NCBI GenBank assembly: GCA_951406725.2
Contig: OX597817.1
Coordinates: 34,968,001 to 35,032,000 of the forward strand
DNA length: 64,000 nt
Source: Octopus vulgaris
Lineage: Eukaryota
Reading direction: 5' to 3'
Shown piece by piece: positions 1 to 13,799 of this stretch. The notes under the pieces were generated by a model. It saw only the letters and a list, made by a program, of their open reading frames with translations, did no database searches and was not told the DNA's origin. A program made the translations under genes and the position numbers. How positions within the stretch are numbered: the first letter of the stretch is position 1; every line of letters starts with the position of its first letter.

Positions 1-235
1 TCTGTATCTATCTATGTATATAAATTTATATACATATATCCACACACACACACACACAGACATAAATTATATTTATAAATTAATAAATTATATATATTTT
101 ACAGATATAATTAATATATATATATATATATATGTATGTATAAATTTTCACATGTATAGTATATATATATATATATATAATTTTGCATATGTCCAGTATA
201 TATATATAAATATAAAATTATAAGCGAATATATAA
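1..235. repeat. Degenerate (TA)n/(CA)n low-complexity microsatellite
   Basis: Runs of ta and ca dinucleotides; the overlapping YIYI-type ORF is an artefact. Confidence 0.85.
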
Positions 236-1277
236 GGCAGAGATATATAAAATTCTATGTAGAAATCTTTGTATATTTTATCGTTGTATGAATTTCAATT
301 ACTAATAACAAAATAATTTACTAACAGAAAGACAATCATAAATTCCCGCCCTTCCATGATGTATGGCATTGCGAGGTCGGGTTAGCTACATACACATGTT
401 TATATAAACACAATAGTGGTCGACTGTATAAAATGTCCCACTTCGTGCCACTTTTATTTTAGTATCAAACCTCATCCATTTGTCAAATTAGGATAAGGAA
501 ATAACGTATTGAAAGAATTAATACAAATATGTTTTACTTATATTAATAACGAATATAAAAATTTTATTTAAATTAAAAAGAGACAAAGCATCTTTGTTTT
601 TATTGAAATCGATAAATATAATTAAGATGCTTTTATAGCCTATCAATTGTACAATGCAATTAAGGTGTCTGATTCGTATTTCGTTTATTTCGTATACGAT
701 TCCGGATTTTGATTTAATTTATCTCTGTTGTGTCCCTGCCACCATATTATACATGTAAGCTCGTCGCTTATTGGTTACTTCTGGTGTGTGTATACGCCAG
801 ACTTGGTCGTCTAATTCCCGAATCACGCCGACATAGGTACCAGGAAGCCGGTTGTACCCTGACATTTGATTGTAGACATTACGCCAAAATAATATGAGAA
901 TCATGCCAGCCTCAAATGTGGAGTTGTCGTTAAAGAAAGCAGAAAAAAAGCCAGGAAACGATTGATCCAATTGTAAAATGCGTTACTGGACCGCTTGTTG
1001 TTCTACAACATTGAGAATCGGCCTGGCTTCTTGTTGTTGTCACTGGCTCCGTACTCCTCCGCCTTCATACTCTGCATTTTCTCACAATAGTCACGGAATA
1101 GATATATTGTGGAGGCCATTGCATATTTAAAGGACAATTTAATTCGTTTTGCTGTCTTGCAGGTGAGTGAACACTCTCCAAACATTACTACTTGGCTTCA
1201 ATCTAAGCACAGGGGGGAAACAGCCCCGCTACCGTTGCCTTTACAGCCATGCCCGTCCGTTAACATATAGTTGGCTG

Positions 1278-1320
1278 GTCACGTGACTGCGATGGTGATG
1301 GGGGGGAGAGAAAATGGCGG
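1278..1320 (+). promoter_or_regulatory. Putative BPTF core promoter: palindromic E-box GTCACGTGAC (1278-1287) and YY1-type motif AAAATGGCGG (1311-1320)
   Basis: Exact matches to the USF/MiT-type E-box and YY1 consensus, 130-170 bp upstream of the ATG, in a locally CpG-rich segment (about 720-1330) of an otherwise CpG-poor window. Confidence 0.6.
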
Positions 1321-1449
1321 CTTTCCTAACTGTTCAACCTGGACCACTGTTAAAATGCTCATAATCCACATCTAAATACGCTTTGTATTATTAAGATCTA
1401 TTCTAAAAATATGCTTTATTCCATATAGATAACGTACTTGTCGTGAAAA

Positions 1450-2510
1450 ATGTCTACGAAATCGAGGCGTGCGAGAGGTCGTCCGCCAAAAACCCCATTG
1501 TCGGGTCGGACCAATTTTCTGAAAAGACCTAAAGCTTTCTATCATGGTACGTTTGGAGATAGCCACCACTTTGACGGTGGAATACAAAGTTCCACAGGAG
1601 CATATGCTGGTAGTAGCTCTCATTTAACACCTCATAGTCACCATCATCACACGGGTAGGGCTGGCTCTACGGCCAGCGGCATTAGTATGAGCAGTAGTAG
1701 GGGTGCCCGTCTAAGGGAGGCCGCTCAGAAAAGCCGTAGCTACATCTTACAAATGCTCGAAGACGACGATGATGAACATAAACATTCAGAGGTAGAACCT
1801 GACAAATCTAGTGACTTAACAGATATGGATAATGTCGATGAAGACCGTTGTTCGGATGATACCTATGAAGAGTCTGAATCTATACACAGCGAAGAGAGTT
1901 ATAGTACGGTGGGTTCTGTGAGCAAAAGAAGATACCATTCACGGCGGCCCAAAACTCCGGATTTAGACGAAACCCGTGAAATTCCTCCTTTGAACCTGCC
2001 TGCACCCGCTACTGATCTTATGTTACCCATTGAATATTTAATGTCAGCATTAAGCGTCTACGAAGTACTTAGACATTTTCGGTCAATTTTACGATTATCT
2101 CCTTTTTTATTCGAAGACTTTTGCTCTGCTTTAAATAGTGATGAACAGTGTCTACTGCTGGCAGAGATCCATATAACACTGCTGAAAGCCCTTCAAAGGG
2201 AAGAGGAAGCAAATAATACAACATTCGGTGCCCACGATTTGAAAGACAGTATCAACATAGCTTTGTATTTTTTAGATGGAATGACTTGGACGGAACTGGT
2301 CCGAGCCTACTTGGACAGTGACCGAAACCAAGAATATAAAGAGACTCTTGAGATTTTGGAGAAGACTGATTTTCCGTTTGTTGGCATCGAAGACAGGTTG
2401 AAGGTACTTCAGACTCTGACCGATTTGTTCCTTGCGACAAATGCAGTAAGAGAAGAAATCATGAATGAAGGAAACATCCAATATGATGACCACTGTCGTT
2501 CGTGCCATAA
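1450..2510 (+). CDS. BPTF: BPTF/NURF301 coding exon 1: AT-hook, acidic region, DDT domain, WHIM1, start of PHD1
   Basis: Encodes RGRPPK AT-hook, DDT-like YEVLRHFRSILRLSPFLFEDFCSAL, NTTFGAHDLKDS and YDDHCRSCHK, all matching NURF301/BPTF. Ends AA|gtaagt (phase 2). Confidence 0.96.
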
Positions 2511-3936
2511 GTAAGTATCCTGATTTTGTTAAACTTTAGTAAGTTTCGCAGTAGGAACTTATTGAGTTATGTCTTTAAACGGTCATATATGATATATACG
2601 AAAGTTATTTTAATTAGTTTAAAATTTGATTTAAAAAAAAAGTATTAGAAAAATATGTATTGTATTGCAGTATAACAAAATGTTGTTGGTAATTTTAATA
2701 TTAATTTGTTGTAAGCAAATACACATATCAAAGGAAGATAACTAGCAAAATCATAATAAACAATTATATTTTTGTAAATAAATGAACGTGCATTTTAGGG
2801 AAACGTTCATTACCTTCTGAAAGCCTTTAAGCTATATATATTTTATAGTTTTGTCAAGTGAAATCCTCAGTTGTTAATACGAATTTAAGTATTCTTCTCA
2901 AGATAAAACACTCAGTTATCCCTCGCCTTTCTTATTTAGAATGTTAAGTCTTTTGTGTGAATGTTCTTGAATTTTGATGATAATTTCAGCAGAAATTATT
3001 TAATTCTCATTAAGTCAAAATTGATGTAAAAGGAATCTGATAAAAAAAATTATTGGAAATTTTGTGTTAATACAGAAAAAGATCTAGGAAGATGCCTTCA
3101 ATATAACTAACATTGCCTTATCATCACAACACAAAAAATACTATCAAGGAAAGTAATGTACTAATAATCATTAACAGGTTACTAAATTAACTTGATTTAA
3201 ATTTTTATTTATGATTTAACTCTTTAGTGTTATAATAAATATATCTAAGATAGAGGCATCATAAAAGCTGTCTACATTTCCTTTAAAACAAAAACCAGCA
3301 GAGTAGAATACTAATTTTTAAATTCCATTTTAAATCAGTGATCATAAAGGGCCTCATTAAATCCACTTTCTCATAATTCAGTAACAATACAGTCCCTTTT
3401 GAAATACTACAACATTGGCATGGTGTCTTATTAAGATTATTCATTTAGCATTAAAAATACCTCAATATTTAGATTGATTTATTTTCAAGGCAAAGATATT
3501 TAAAATAAATAATTGAAAAAAAAAAAAATCCCAGAGGGATACACAGAAAGATTTATAGTTTATTTTGGTACATCTATTAAGCTATTCATTTAAGAGTAAT
3601 CAAAAACTTTTCATAAACTTGTCACTGCCCAATTCCTCGTTATACTGGTGAACTAAAATACTAAGAATTGTTTGTTAGAATTGGAGTAATTCATTCTGAA
3701 TTGTTGAAGCTATTGTAAAAACATAAGTGCAATGTACAATGACAAATTATACAATATACTTGACACCTGACCAAGTTAATAGGGCTCTAGCCTACTTGCT
3801 GAAGATGCGTTGGTTCATATCCCGCCATCTGTGCTGTGGTTACTGTACCTCATTCTCAAAGGCCTTGCCCACCTAATTTTATGTAGGTACTACCAGATAG
3901 TACAAATTATCATTATAAACACTAGAACAACTATAT

Positions 3937-4159
3937 ATGTTTCTTTATTATCCAGAAGGGACTAAACATGGAGGGGACAGACAAACGGATTAAGTCGATT
4001 ACATTGACCCCATGCGTAACTGGTACTTAATTTATCGACCCTGAAAGGATGAAAGGCAAAGTCAACCTCGGCGGAATTTGAACTCAGAACATAATGGCAG
4101 ACGAAATACGGCTACGCATTTCGCCTGGCATGTTAATGGTTCTGCCAGCTCGCCGCCTT
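3937..4159 (-). mobile_element. tRNA-derived SINE with Nin/Deu-type central domain and 18-bp target site duplication (TSD)
   Basis: Reverse complement starts ggcggcgagctggcaga and contains gagttcaaattcc (B box) and ctttcatcctttcagggtcgataaa. TSD acactagaacaactatat at 3919-3936 and 4160-4177. Confidence 0.85.
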
Positions 4160-4926
4160 ACACTAGAACAACTATATTGAGAAGTACCTCATTAGCTTGC
4201 AGTGCTTAACTTAGATACTACAATGAGTTTGGCTTGAGAAAAAAGCAAAACTAGTTTAAGGAACAACTGATGGTATTTATCTGACTCCAAGGATGAAAGT
4301 TTACAACCATCATTAAAAGTTGTGGAATGCTTCAATATCTAATTAGAAAATCAATATTCTGAATATTATCCCGAGTAACTAAAAATGTAAGTTTAAAATC
4401 AAATCTTGAGGATGCATTAGCTGTACCGATTATTTATCAATTAGTAGATATTGCTCATTTGAGTAGTTGTTGCTAATTATATTTTAATATATAGTCTATA
4501 GTCAGTATTAGTCAGAACTCCATAGAACTGATAACATACATTTATTAAATTGTGAAATCTTTATAAAAGATTGGTGTAAGGACATGTTTATTGGTTACCA
4601 TACATTGACATATTTGGAGTGGTGTTCTCATCTTGGTTGTTTTAGTAACTTATAACAACCAGAATGAAGACACTAACCTGAATATATTGGTGTTATAATA
4701 TTCATAATTTCTTATCTCAGAAATACAGACAATATTGGTGGTGGGGCAATTACATCCCCTATCAGCATATGCGTATACATTTGGGCTTTTCCTAGATGCA
4801 TTAAAAGCATCTAGCTCTTATTTCTAGAAATGTAGGTGTCTTAACATCCTTAGTCACATTTCTTCCTTTATGGTATCACATTGCATCTAGCTGTTTATAT
4901 TACATTGCGTCTAGTTGTTTATCTTA

Positions 4927-4973
<47 letters not shown>

Positions 4974-5560
4974 TATTCATTTGTCACATACGACTTTGAT
5001 TTCGCTCTTCTCTTGAAAATAATGATTTTACTAATATCAAGTTATAGTGAAATTTATGGTCCTGTAACAATTGACTATCGAACAATCTGATTTAGGTAGT
5101 TGATACTTTACAGTTACTGGGATAGAGCAAGAGAAAATTAGATGAAAACAAATATAAGAAAAATAAAAATTCCTTTTGATGGTTTTACTGCTTGTGATGA
5201 CAAGACAAGTTAACAGGTAGAATAACTATAAACCTGATTTACACCTGTAGAAAATAAACATTTGATAAGCAGTATGGCATTCCCTTTCAGCATTAAAAGA
5301 TGTTTGCATTTATTGAAAGCTTAAACTTTTTAACAGGTTATATTAACACATATATTATTTCAGTGTTGCATTATGATCATCATTGTCATCAGCATATGTC
5401 TAATCATTTTTCCATGTTGGCATATCAGTTTTATCTCCCTCCAATTGTCTTTTCCTGTGGCCAGTTTTCAGTCAAGTCATCTGCTATTTCCAAAAGTTGA
5501 AATTCATTTTGCTCCTCTCATTCATTAAATTGTGGTTAATCTGAAATTTATACACATGCA

Positions 5561-5598
<38 letters not shown>

Positions 5599-5615
5599 TG
5601 TGTGTCTGTATCTGT

Positions 5616-5770
5616 AAATATAATATGTGACAATTATTCAGTAGCCATGATAAAACTCTGAGTTTTATCATGGCTACTGAATAATTGTCACATATTATAT
5701 TTTAAATTCCTCTATTTACATAATATCGAGGTCCCTTTCATTCTTTTGTTGTCTTACCATTTCTATCAAT
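5616..5770. mobile_element. Perfect 87-bp palindrome plus adjacent repeat; probable Penelope-like pseudo-LTR remnant
   Basis: 43-bp perfect arms around t5659. Segment 5704-5765 and the arm sequence recur at 32712-32900. Confidence 0.6.
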
Positions 5771-5949
5771 ATATTTATATATGTATATATTATATATTAT
5801 CTAATATACAAGTAGTATTTTTTAAATTTCAAACTGTTCAGTTTAAAAGGATGCCTATATTTCTATAATATAGTTGAAATATTAGTATTTGTAAACCTGA
5901 GTTAGTATTTAAATTGAATTTGATCATTATTTTATGACATCACAGAGGC

Positions 5950-6242
5950 AGTGACAAGTGACTGAGACCTTTGGCAATATACTGTGCTTGAGAAAACCTG
6001 TCAAGCCTAGTGATATATTGTAGTTGTGACTGATGCCAGTGTTTCATAATTGGCAACTGTGCTGGTGGCACATAAAAAGCACCCACTGCACTCTTGGAGT
6101 GGTTGGCCTTAGGAAGGGCATCCAGCTGTAGAAACCATGCCAAATCAGATTGAAACCTGGTGCAGCTCCTCAGATTACCAATTTTCAGTCAAACTGTCCA
6201 ACCCATGCCAGCAAGGAAAATGGACGTTAAATGTTGATGATG
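5950..6242 (+). mobile_element. RTE-clade LINE 3-prime end with (GAT)n tail
   Basis: Shares aaaaagcacccact...ggttggc.ttaggaagggcatccagctgtagaaac...ggacgttaaa and the gat tail with the ORF-bearing copies at 24633-25878 and 62509-64000. Confidence 0.8.
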
Positions 6243-6827
6243 TTGGTTTACTTCTGTTGCATTAGGGCCTATGTTTGGGAGCACTTGGTCACCTTGGCGT
6301 TTTTAAAACTGAAACATTTGTGATCATAAAGCCTCACCTATTTCTTTTGTTTCTATCAACTGTCTCATTGGTTATAATTCTCCAAGGAGTTGATCACTTG
6401 TTTACTTTCATTTCTGTTGGCAAAAATGACAAAGGAGTGTTTGTTCAAAACTCAGGAGTGGCAGCATTGAGGAGTAGAGTTAATCACTGTTAGGCATTTC
6501 TTGTTTGACGTAGTGCTTTATTGGTGACTTCTCACCAATATATATTACGGTTACCAGCATTGCTTTATATCCTTTTAGGTACATTTAATTCATATTGTTT
6601 TAATCTTTCTAGCTCTAAGTACACACCATTTGTGTTCTGTTTTAGCACACTTTGTATAGCTGGATACCCTTCATAGCAACAAACACTTTATAGAGCATAT
6701 TGGGTGCATTTTTCAGGATACCAATGCTAGAAAGAAAAAGAATTTTCTCATCTCTACAATGTTTTCATTTATTCAAGGCAAATGTTTCCAAAAGGATGAA
6801 TAGAAGTGAGAGTATCTCATATATATA

Positions 6828-7320
6828 CAGAGTGTGGTGAATAAACTGTAGTGTAAATTACACAAAAATGAAAATAACACTGACATCTCATTTTAACAGA
6901 TATATTTACCAAAATTACATAAAAATATCTTGAAATACTAAAGAGTAAATTTATTCAATAAAATTGACATTGGCTTCAACCATGCCTCCAGATGGCTTCA
7001 ACCATGCCTCTAGACTTCAGAATCTCCTGCAACTCTTCTGGATGGTCTCCTTATTTAAGTTGGTGAATGCTGCCATAATCCTTGTCTTCAGTTCATCTTT
7101 GATGTTACAAGGAGTTTTGCTGATCTCTCTCGCTCAATTACACTACACAATAATCATGGGGGTTGCAGTCTGGGGAGTTAGGTGGCCAGATGTTAGGGGC
7201 GATGTGGTTGGAGAAATTGTCTGACAGCCATGACTGGATTCTCCTGCTTGTGTGGTATGGTGCAGGGTCCTGTTGCCAGACATAGGGTCTTCCACCATCC
7301 ACCCTCTTGACCCAGCACAT
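6828..7320 (-). mobile_element. Tc1/mariner relic, DD37D (maT-type) transposase C-terminus with one terminus
   Basis: Minus-strand WQQDPAPYHTS...WPPNSPDCNPHDY has 37 residues between the last two catalytic Asp. The terminus reads TA|CAG at 6826-6830. Confidence 0.8.
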
Positions 7321-7545
7321 GGAATTTAAACAATCTCTCAATATTTTTGTTTTGTTTCACACTTGCAGAATATTAATTAGACTATGTGTGTTCCATATTT
7401 TGTTTGATTACATTAATGGGTAATAGAACATATCCATCCTCATTACCAACATTGTCATCCATACTATCAGACAACCTGAAGCCAACTGTGTTAAAGGGTT
7501 CATTATGAAATTAAGATATTAAACAAAATATGAGTCTTTAATATT

Positions 7546-7753
7546 CTTTTGTGCTCTAGGCACAAGGCCTGAAACTTTTAGGGAGCCAGTCAATTAGATC
7601 AACCTCTGTATGCAACTGGTACTTAATTGATCGACTCCGAAAGGATGAAAGGCAAAGTCAACCTCAGTGGAATTTGAACTCAGAACATAAAGACAGACAA
7701 AATACTGCTAAGCACTTGGCCCAGTGTGCTAACATTTCTGCCAGCTTGCTACC
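7546..7753 (-). mobile_element. Nin/Deu-type SINE with 18-bp TSD
   Basis: Same family as 3937-4159. TSD atatgagtctttaatatt at 7528-7545 and 7754-7771. Confidence 0.85.
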
Positions 7754-8099
7754 ATATGAGTCTTTAATATTAACCTGTGACTACACTGCTAGGATCTAGT
7801 TATCTTTGCATATACAACAAATCTTATTCAAAGCACTTTTTACTCTACTTAACCTGTCTTATCACCACTCACTTTCCTTTGCTTAGGTACTTTTCTAGTT
7901 ACAAACTAATGAAGTGAGGTCTAGTGGTTATTCCATCTTGTCACCTCCTAGTTCTAAAGGCCAAATCTTCCTCAAATCATGAACTATCATCTTAAAAAAA
8001 AGGAAAAATATATTTCAAAATGTAGTCTGCAGTACACTGCCTGAACAACAAAAATAAAAGACAGTCATGGTTGATTGATCATGGCCAATTTGGCAAAAC

Positions 8100-9245
8100 A
8101 ACAATTTCCTTAATCATTCCAGCCAGGGACTGATATACTTACTGGAGTGCACTGTTTGAGGTAATATTCATTTAGTACTCTTCAAAGCTAGCTCCAACAT
8201 TACCACCAAATCATGGAAAATCTCAGTCTATGGAAGGCCATATAGATCTATAGAAATAGTTCTATCAAATCACACCGGTGGTCCTTTGATCTGGAGCACC
8301 TTCACAAAAGTAATGTCGTTCCCTTAAACATGAAGATCGTGTAACTATGTTGCCTGCTTATGGATTTAATCTGCCTCGTATCATCTTGGATTAGAAGTCT
8401 TTGTCTGACTGCACTATTGCAGCATGTTGTAAGAGGGCTTTCTACAGTTATGTCTAACATACTCTTTTATGTACAGGAATGACCTATTTGCAGCTATTTC
8501 TAACCACATATATAACTTCTATCCAAAAGATACCATCCTCCTCTCCTCCTTAACCTTCTTTACCCAGATGTCTTCCACATGTTGCCTAGATATCTCATGT
8601 TAGACATGCATTACTTTTTTGAGCGAAAACTTAAAAAACATCCTCCAGTGGGCTCATAATAATCTAGTCTACTTCAACAGCAAAAAGACACAATTGCTAC
8701 ACATATCAAAGAAATGATCTTGCACTGTACCCTCTCTGTGCATGAACAATACTAAAATTCTCAAAGTTGTAGAAATATGGTCTCACAACCTTTGATGAAT
8801 CTTTCATGGAGACCTCACATGTATAAATGGTAAAGCTGTATCTTACATAATAGGCTTCCTTCTGAGGTGCAAATCACATTTGGCAACATGTTTGTGATCT
8901 TACTGCGAGCACACCCAACACACTCTATCTCCATCTCAGTTCATTCACAAGCAGCTAACATATTTTTCAAAGAACTATCCTCCTCAAATTGCCAGAACTC
9001 ACCTCTTCTCATGAGCTGCTCTTGACCACTTATGAGTATAAAACAAAAACCAAATAACTTTGGCCGATTAGGAACTACTCACAGGGCAACACACTGGCCT
9101 ACATATAATGTTTCTTCTCTCTCCTTTCTCTACTTTTATGGCCTCTGTTCTTCTAAACTAGCTATCTACCTCCAGCTCTACCCAGACCAATCCCAAATAC
9201 CTGCTTTTCCTTTCATTGTCACTCCCACACTGATGTCATTTTAAA
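8100..9245 (+). mobile_element. Highly decayed LINE RT and C-terminal remnant
   Basis: Residual motifs such as WIRS..SD near 8388 and QW.HNNLVYFNSKKTQL near 8647; many stops; boundaries approximate. Confidence 0.45.
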
Positions 9246-12200
9246 CACTCCTCAAATGGCTGGAATTACATCCTGATTTAAATACCTAAGTAATAACTCC
9301 TGGTCAGCTGTGATTGAACGAACAGAACAGCCGTATGATCAAAGACACTCTAGCCAGAATTACCCCATTTGGTTCAAACAGTGTATCCAGGGCTTTCCTT
9401 TATATTTTTGTAAGCTAATACAGGGAATTTGACTGCTATTTCTTGCAGCAGGAGTAACCATTGTTGGTGTCTCCCTCATCAGCTATATTTTTTTACCACA
9501 GGTGTCAGCTATTAAGTTCAAACCAAATATTATCCACATTGGTCTCATCAATCTTAGAGGCTGCAAAATGTCACAGGCACTGCCTTTCCTCTGCAGACTA
9601 ACTAATTATAAAAAATATACACACACACACTTTGCCTGGGTCCCATAATTCCTTAGTTAAATTGTAGTGGTACCATTGTGACGTAGAACAATTTTAGATC
9701 TGGCAGAGCCCATTCCTCCTCAGGTTTTGACATTACTGATTTCTTCCAGGAGAAAGAGAAGAATCATCCTCAGTACAGGGCTGGTACTTCATAAACTCTG
9801 AAACGATGAAAGGCAAATTTGATTTCAGCAGAATTTGAACTCTGAGGGCAGAGACTCGGAACAAATGCTTCACGATATTCTGTCTAGTTTTCTGTCTCTA
9901 CTGGCAGTGAATTGGTAGATTAAGATCTTGATATGTTGCTGTTCAACAGTATCATTGAACCTTTCTGCCTAAGTTTCAGTTGTCTTTATATTTGCTATAT
10001 ATGTGTTTGAATTACATTCGTATGATGTACATCATATGTGTGTGTATGTGAGAGAGAGAGAGAGACTGTGTATGTGTATACATATTAATTTCTTCTTTTA
10101 TTACTGGTCTTTTTGAGGTATATAACAGATATCTTTATATTCTTGGCATCAGGCAGCTATTTGTAGGAAATACTTTGTGTTATTGTAAAAATGGCCTTAT
10201 TTCGTGTTATTTTAGTCAATGTAGTAGATGACAGAATTGGTAGAGCATAAGTTAAAATATGTTTTATTTAGGTATCTCTTTTTGTTCTGAGTTCAACTCT
10301 TATCCTTCTGGGGTTGTTCGCTGGTTTCTAGATTTGATATACAGTGGTCACTGAGATCAATTTAGTTAACTGTGTCCCTGTCAAAACTCTGCCAATGTAA
10401 GGGACCATTATTCAGTGAGTTTTGGTGACTTTTGCAAGCCCTCTTGTAATAGTGAAGTTGTAGTTGATGTTCAGTTTGAAGTTCTGTCTGAGAAGAAAGG
10501 CAGCAGGAATGGAATTTCAGTAGATTGCTGAGCTGAAGAGGAAGAATTGAATAAATTCTTCCTCTTCCAATTGAATAAATTGCTTAGTGTGCAGGTTTGT
10601 AGGTAGCCATAGTAAGGATGAATAGATGTGATGAATTAGGCTAGCCAGAGTTTAGCTAGATTATGTTTTGCTCCTTCAGAAGAGCAGTTGATGTAAGAGA
10701 AGAAGCAGACAGAAGAAACTGCAGGTGTGATTGAGTAGATTGGCCTTAGTTGAATAGATCTATGATCAAAAATGTATTCTAGCTGTGCCTGTCTCATTTT
10801 TTTATACATCTAGTTATACAAATTTCTGATGTGCCTTATTTATTTATGATGCTTGGGTGTTATTTTAGGGAATTCGGCTACCCTCTTTACTAAGTCAAAT
10901 GACTGCAAAAAGTATCCCTCAAATCATATTGTAGATTACAGATTGTTATGTGTTAGTGAGAGAGGTTTTGCCAGTCAGCCAGATGGATATCTTTGGATGT
11001 AATCTAGGATTTTCATGTGTCTAGCAGCAGCACTATCTCAGATGTATGGACAGTGTCCTAACATTTTCAATGAACTCAATTCCACTTCTTTTTTCCCCAG
11101 GCCAACCTTGTTAGCAGCCTTTCAATAAAAAAGTACCTGATACCACTGTGCTTGATTTAAGTGACTACACCCTCCCAGATATTTTGATCGTGTGACACAA
11201 TCTTTATCATTATTCAAATCTTTCACACAAAACTGTTTATTTTGCACATTATCTAATTTCCACAGCAGTAATTGCTGTGTAAGTACTAGTTTCATCTGAT
11301 TCTGAGGGTTGTTTCTTCATTTATTTATTATTATGTTTTTTTTTATGTCCTGAGAACTGCTGACTATGTGTATCCTATTGTATCTTTGTGGTCTATTGAT
11401 TTAACTGTTGTATTACGTCTTTATATGGCAAGGTTTATTTCCCTGTATCAAATGACATACATTACTTGTATGTTTCAGTTTATTTCGAGAATAATGAAAG
11501 ATTTTTAGGGTTTCAGTGAAATAACTTTTCATCATTAAGCTGATGTTTTGGACATTAGAAAAAGTTCATGTACAAAAATTGTAATGGAAGGTTTTAGTTT
11601 ACATACTAGCACATTAACAAAGGCACTTTTGTATCATAAAATGAAAGGCTGTTTCAGACAGGTTACTGTTCAACGGATTAACAAAGTTATGTATTAAATA
11701 GAATAGCCATAAGCAATAATTATATCAGTCATTCACCTTTCCAGAAAAAATATTAAAATGTATGTAGGAAAAGCTATATTAAAGTTTTTGTGCTTATTAA
11801 GATGTTTGGTCATGGTTAAGTTCATTGATGAATTTTGGTGTGTCTATATTCTCTTGTTAGTTATTGCTATATAAGCACCCTTTCTATTACAGAAGTATTG
11901 CATTCCTGACAATCTTGTCATAATATGGAATTCAAGAACACAAGACCTTATTTTCTTCTTGACATTTCTTTATTATGTAACATGGAAGTCTGGAAAAATA
12001 GAGAATTTCTGTGTTAGTTAATATGGAACAATTCAGTTCAATGGACTCAAGTATCAAAATCTTGTTTCATAAAATGACAAAGTCACAGTTGATTAAACAC
12101 TGAATAAAACATTATGTTCCGTAAATAGAAAAAATATAATGAAGTAATGAATTTGTGACTAATATAGAAACAAAAAAATAGAAAATTGAAAATGAATAAA

Positions 12201-12346
12201 ACCTTGACCCTGAAATACCTATTGCTGATAAATTTTAACAAGAAAATTGAAAGTAGATGATCATTAAGAATTCTTTATGTATGAAGAATATAGAGCTTGC
12301 AAGCATTTATATCTAGCTGTTACTGAATTATTGACATATATATGTT

Positions 12347-12377
<31 letters not shown>

Positions 12378-12583
12378 GTATATAATGTATATATATATTG
12401 TTAGAGCTCCATCATCATCAAACAGACATTAAATGATGATGATGATAATTATGTAATCACAAATGACTGAGGCCTTTGTCAATATACTGTGCTTGAGTAG
12501 GAGACCAATCAAGCTGAGTGAAATCATAGTTGTGGAAGATACTAGTGGCACCCATGCCGGTGGCATATAAAAGCACGTATTAC

Positions 12584-13610
12584 ACTCTCAGATATTCCCT
12601 CAACTGCCCGGATAGCTACCTTGCAAGCTACACTGACTATACGAAAGTCTTGTAGAAAGTACAGAACCCCAGCGATGTTCCACATCTGCAGCAGAAGTTA
12701 GACTCAATTTACAAATGGGCTGAGGATAATAATATGCAGTTGAATGCTGAAAAATTCCAAGCCCTGCGCTACCGCTGTCCAAAACTAATTATGAAATTCA
12801 CAGGATACACCGGTCCACAGGGAATTTCGATCCCAGAGCCTAAATCAGTGAGGGACCTGGGTATTGACATGAGTGATGATACCTCTTTCCAAGTGCACAT
12901 TACCAGGATGGCGACAAAGTGCAGACGACTGGCTGGCTGGATCTGGAGAACATTCAGAACCAGAGATAAGGAAACCATGATGGTCCTCTGGAGAACATTC
13001 ATCCTCAGCCACCTGGATTACTGCTTACAGATATTGTCACCCACCAGTGTGAAATTAACAGTGGAACTTGAAGCAATCTAGAGAAGATTCACAAAGATCG
13101 TCCCTTTGCAACTGCTCAGCTACTGGGAAAGGCTGAAACAGCTAAGACTCTACACCCTGGAGAGAAGGCGGGGGAGGTATGCAGTAATATACATCTGGAA
13201 GATCCTGAAAGGAATTGTACTAAATTTTGGCATTGAAAGCTGCACCAATGCCAGAACAGGACGACACTGCATAGTGCCAAAGATCCCAGCAACGCTATTG
13301 CGCTTCAGGACCAGTTACTGCAACAGCCTGGGTTTCAAGGGCCCACAGCTTTTTAATATTTTCCCAAAGAGCCTGAGGAACCTGCACAAAGTAGATGTAG
13401 GGCTTTTTAAATCAAAGCTAGACCTCTTCCTGTCGAGAGTCCCAGATGAACCCACATCATGGCAAGAGGTGCAAATGAGGGTAGATATATCAAACTCCAT
13501 TCTTCAGCAAGTGCAACATTGGAGGAGGCTCTCAGTAATAACAGTGTAGCAAAACGGCGGTGCATCAGCATGGCCACAGCTCTGAGCTGAACTTACAGCA
13601 GAAAAAAAAA
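12584..13610 (+). mobile_element. 5-prime-truncated CR1-like LINE (same family as 15884-20048)
   Basis: Close similarity to 19040-20045. Encodes VRDLGIDMSDD and LSYWERLKQLRLYTLERRR; ends with a cagctctgagctg hairpin and A run. Confidence 0.9.
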
Positions 13611-13617
13611 TATATAT

Positions 13618-13665
<48 letters not shown>

Positions 13666-13768
13666 GGATATATATATATATATATATATATATAATGGAT
13701 ATATATATATATATATATATATACATATGGATATATATATATATATATATATAAACATATACATATGG

Positions 13769-13799
<31 letters not shown>

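Noticed and set aside
10535-10567. 14-bp perfect inverted repeat gaagaggaagaatt / aattcttcctcttc overlapping CTGAAGA
   Set aside because: No GAAA or cleavage triplet follows; an isolated short hairpin with no other support.
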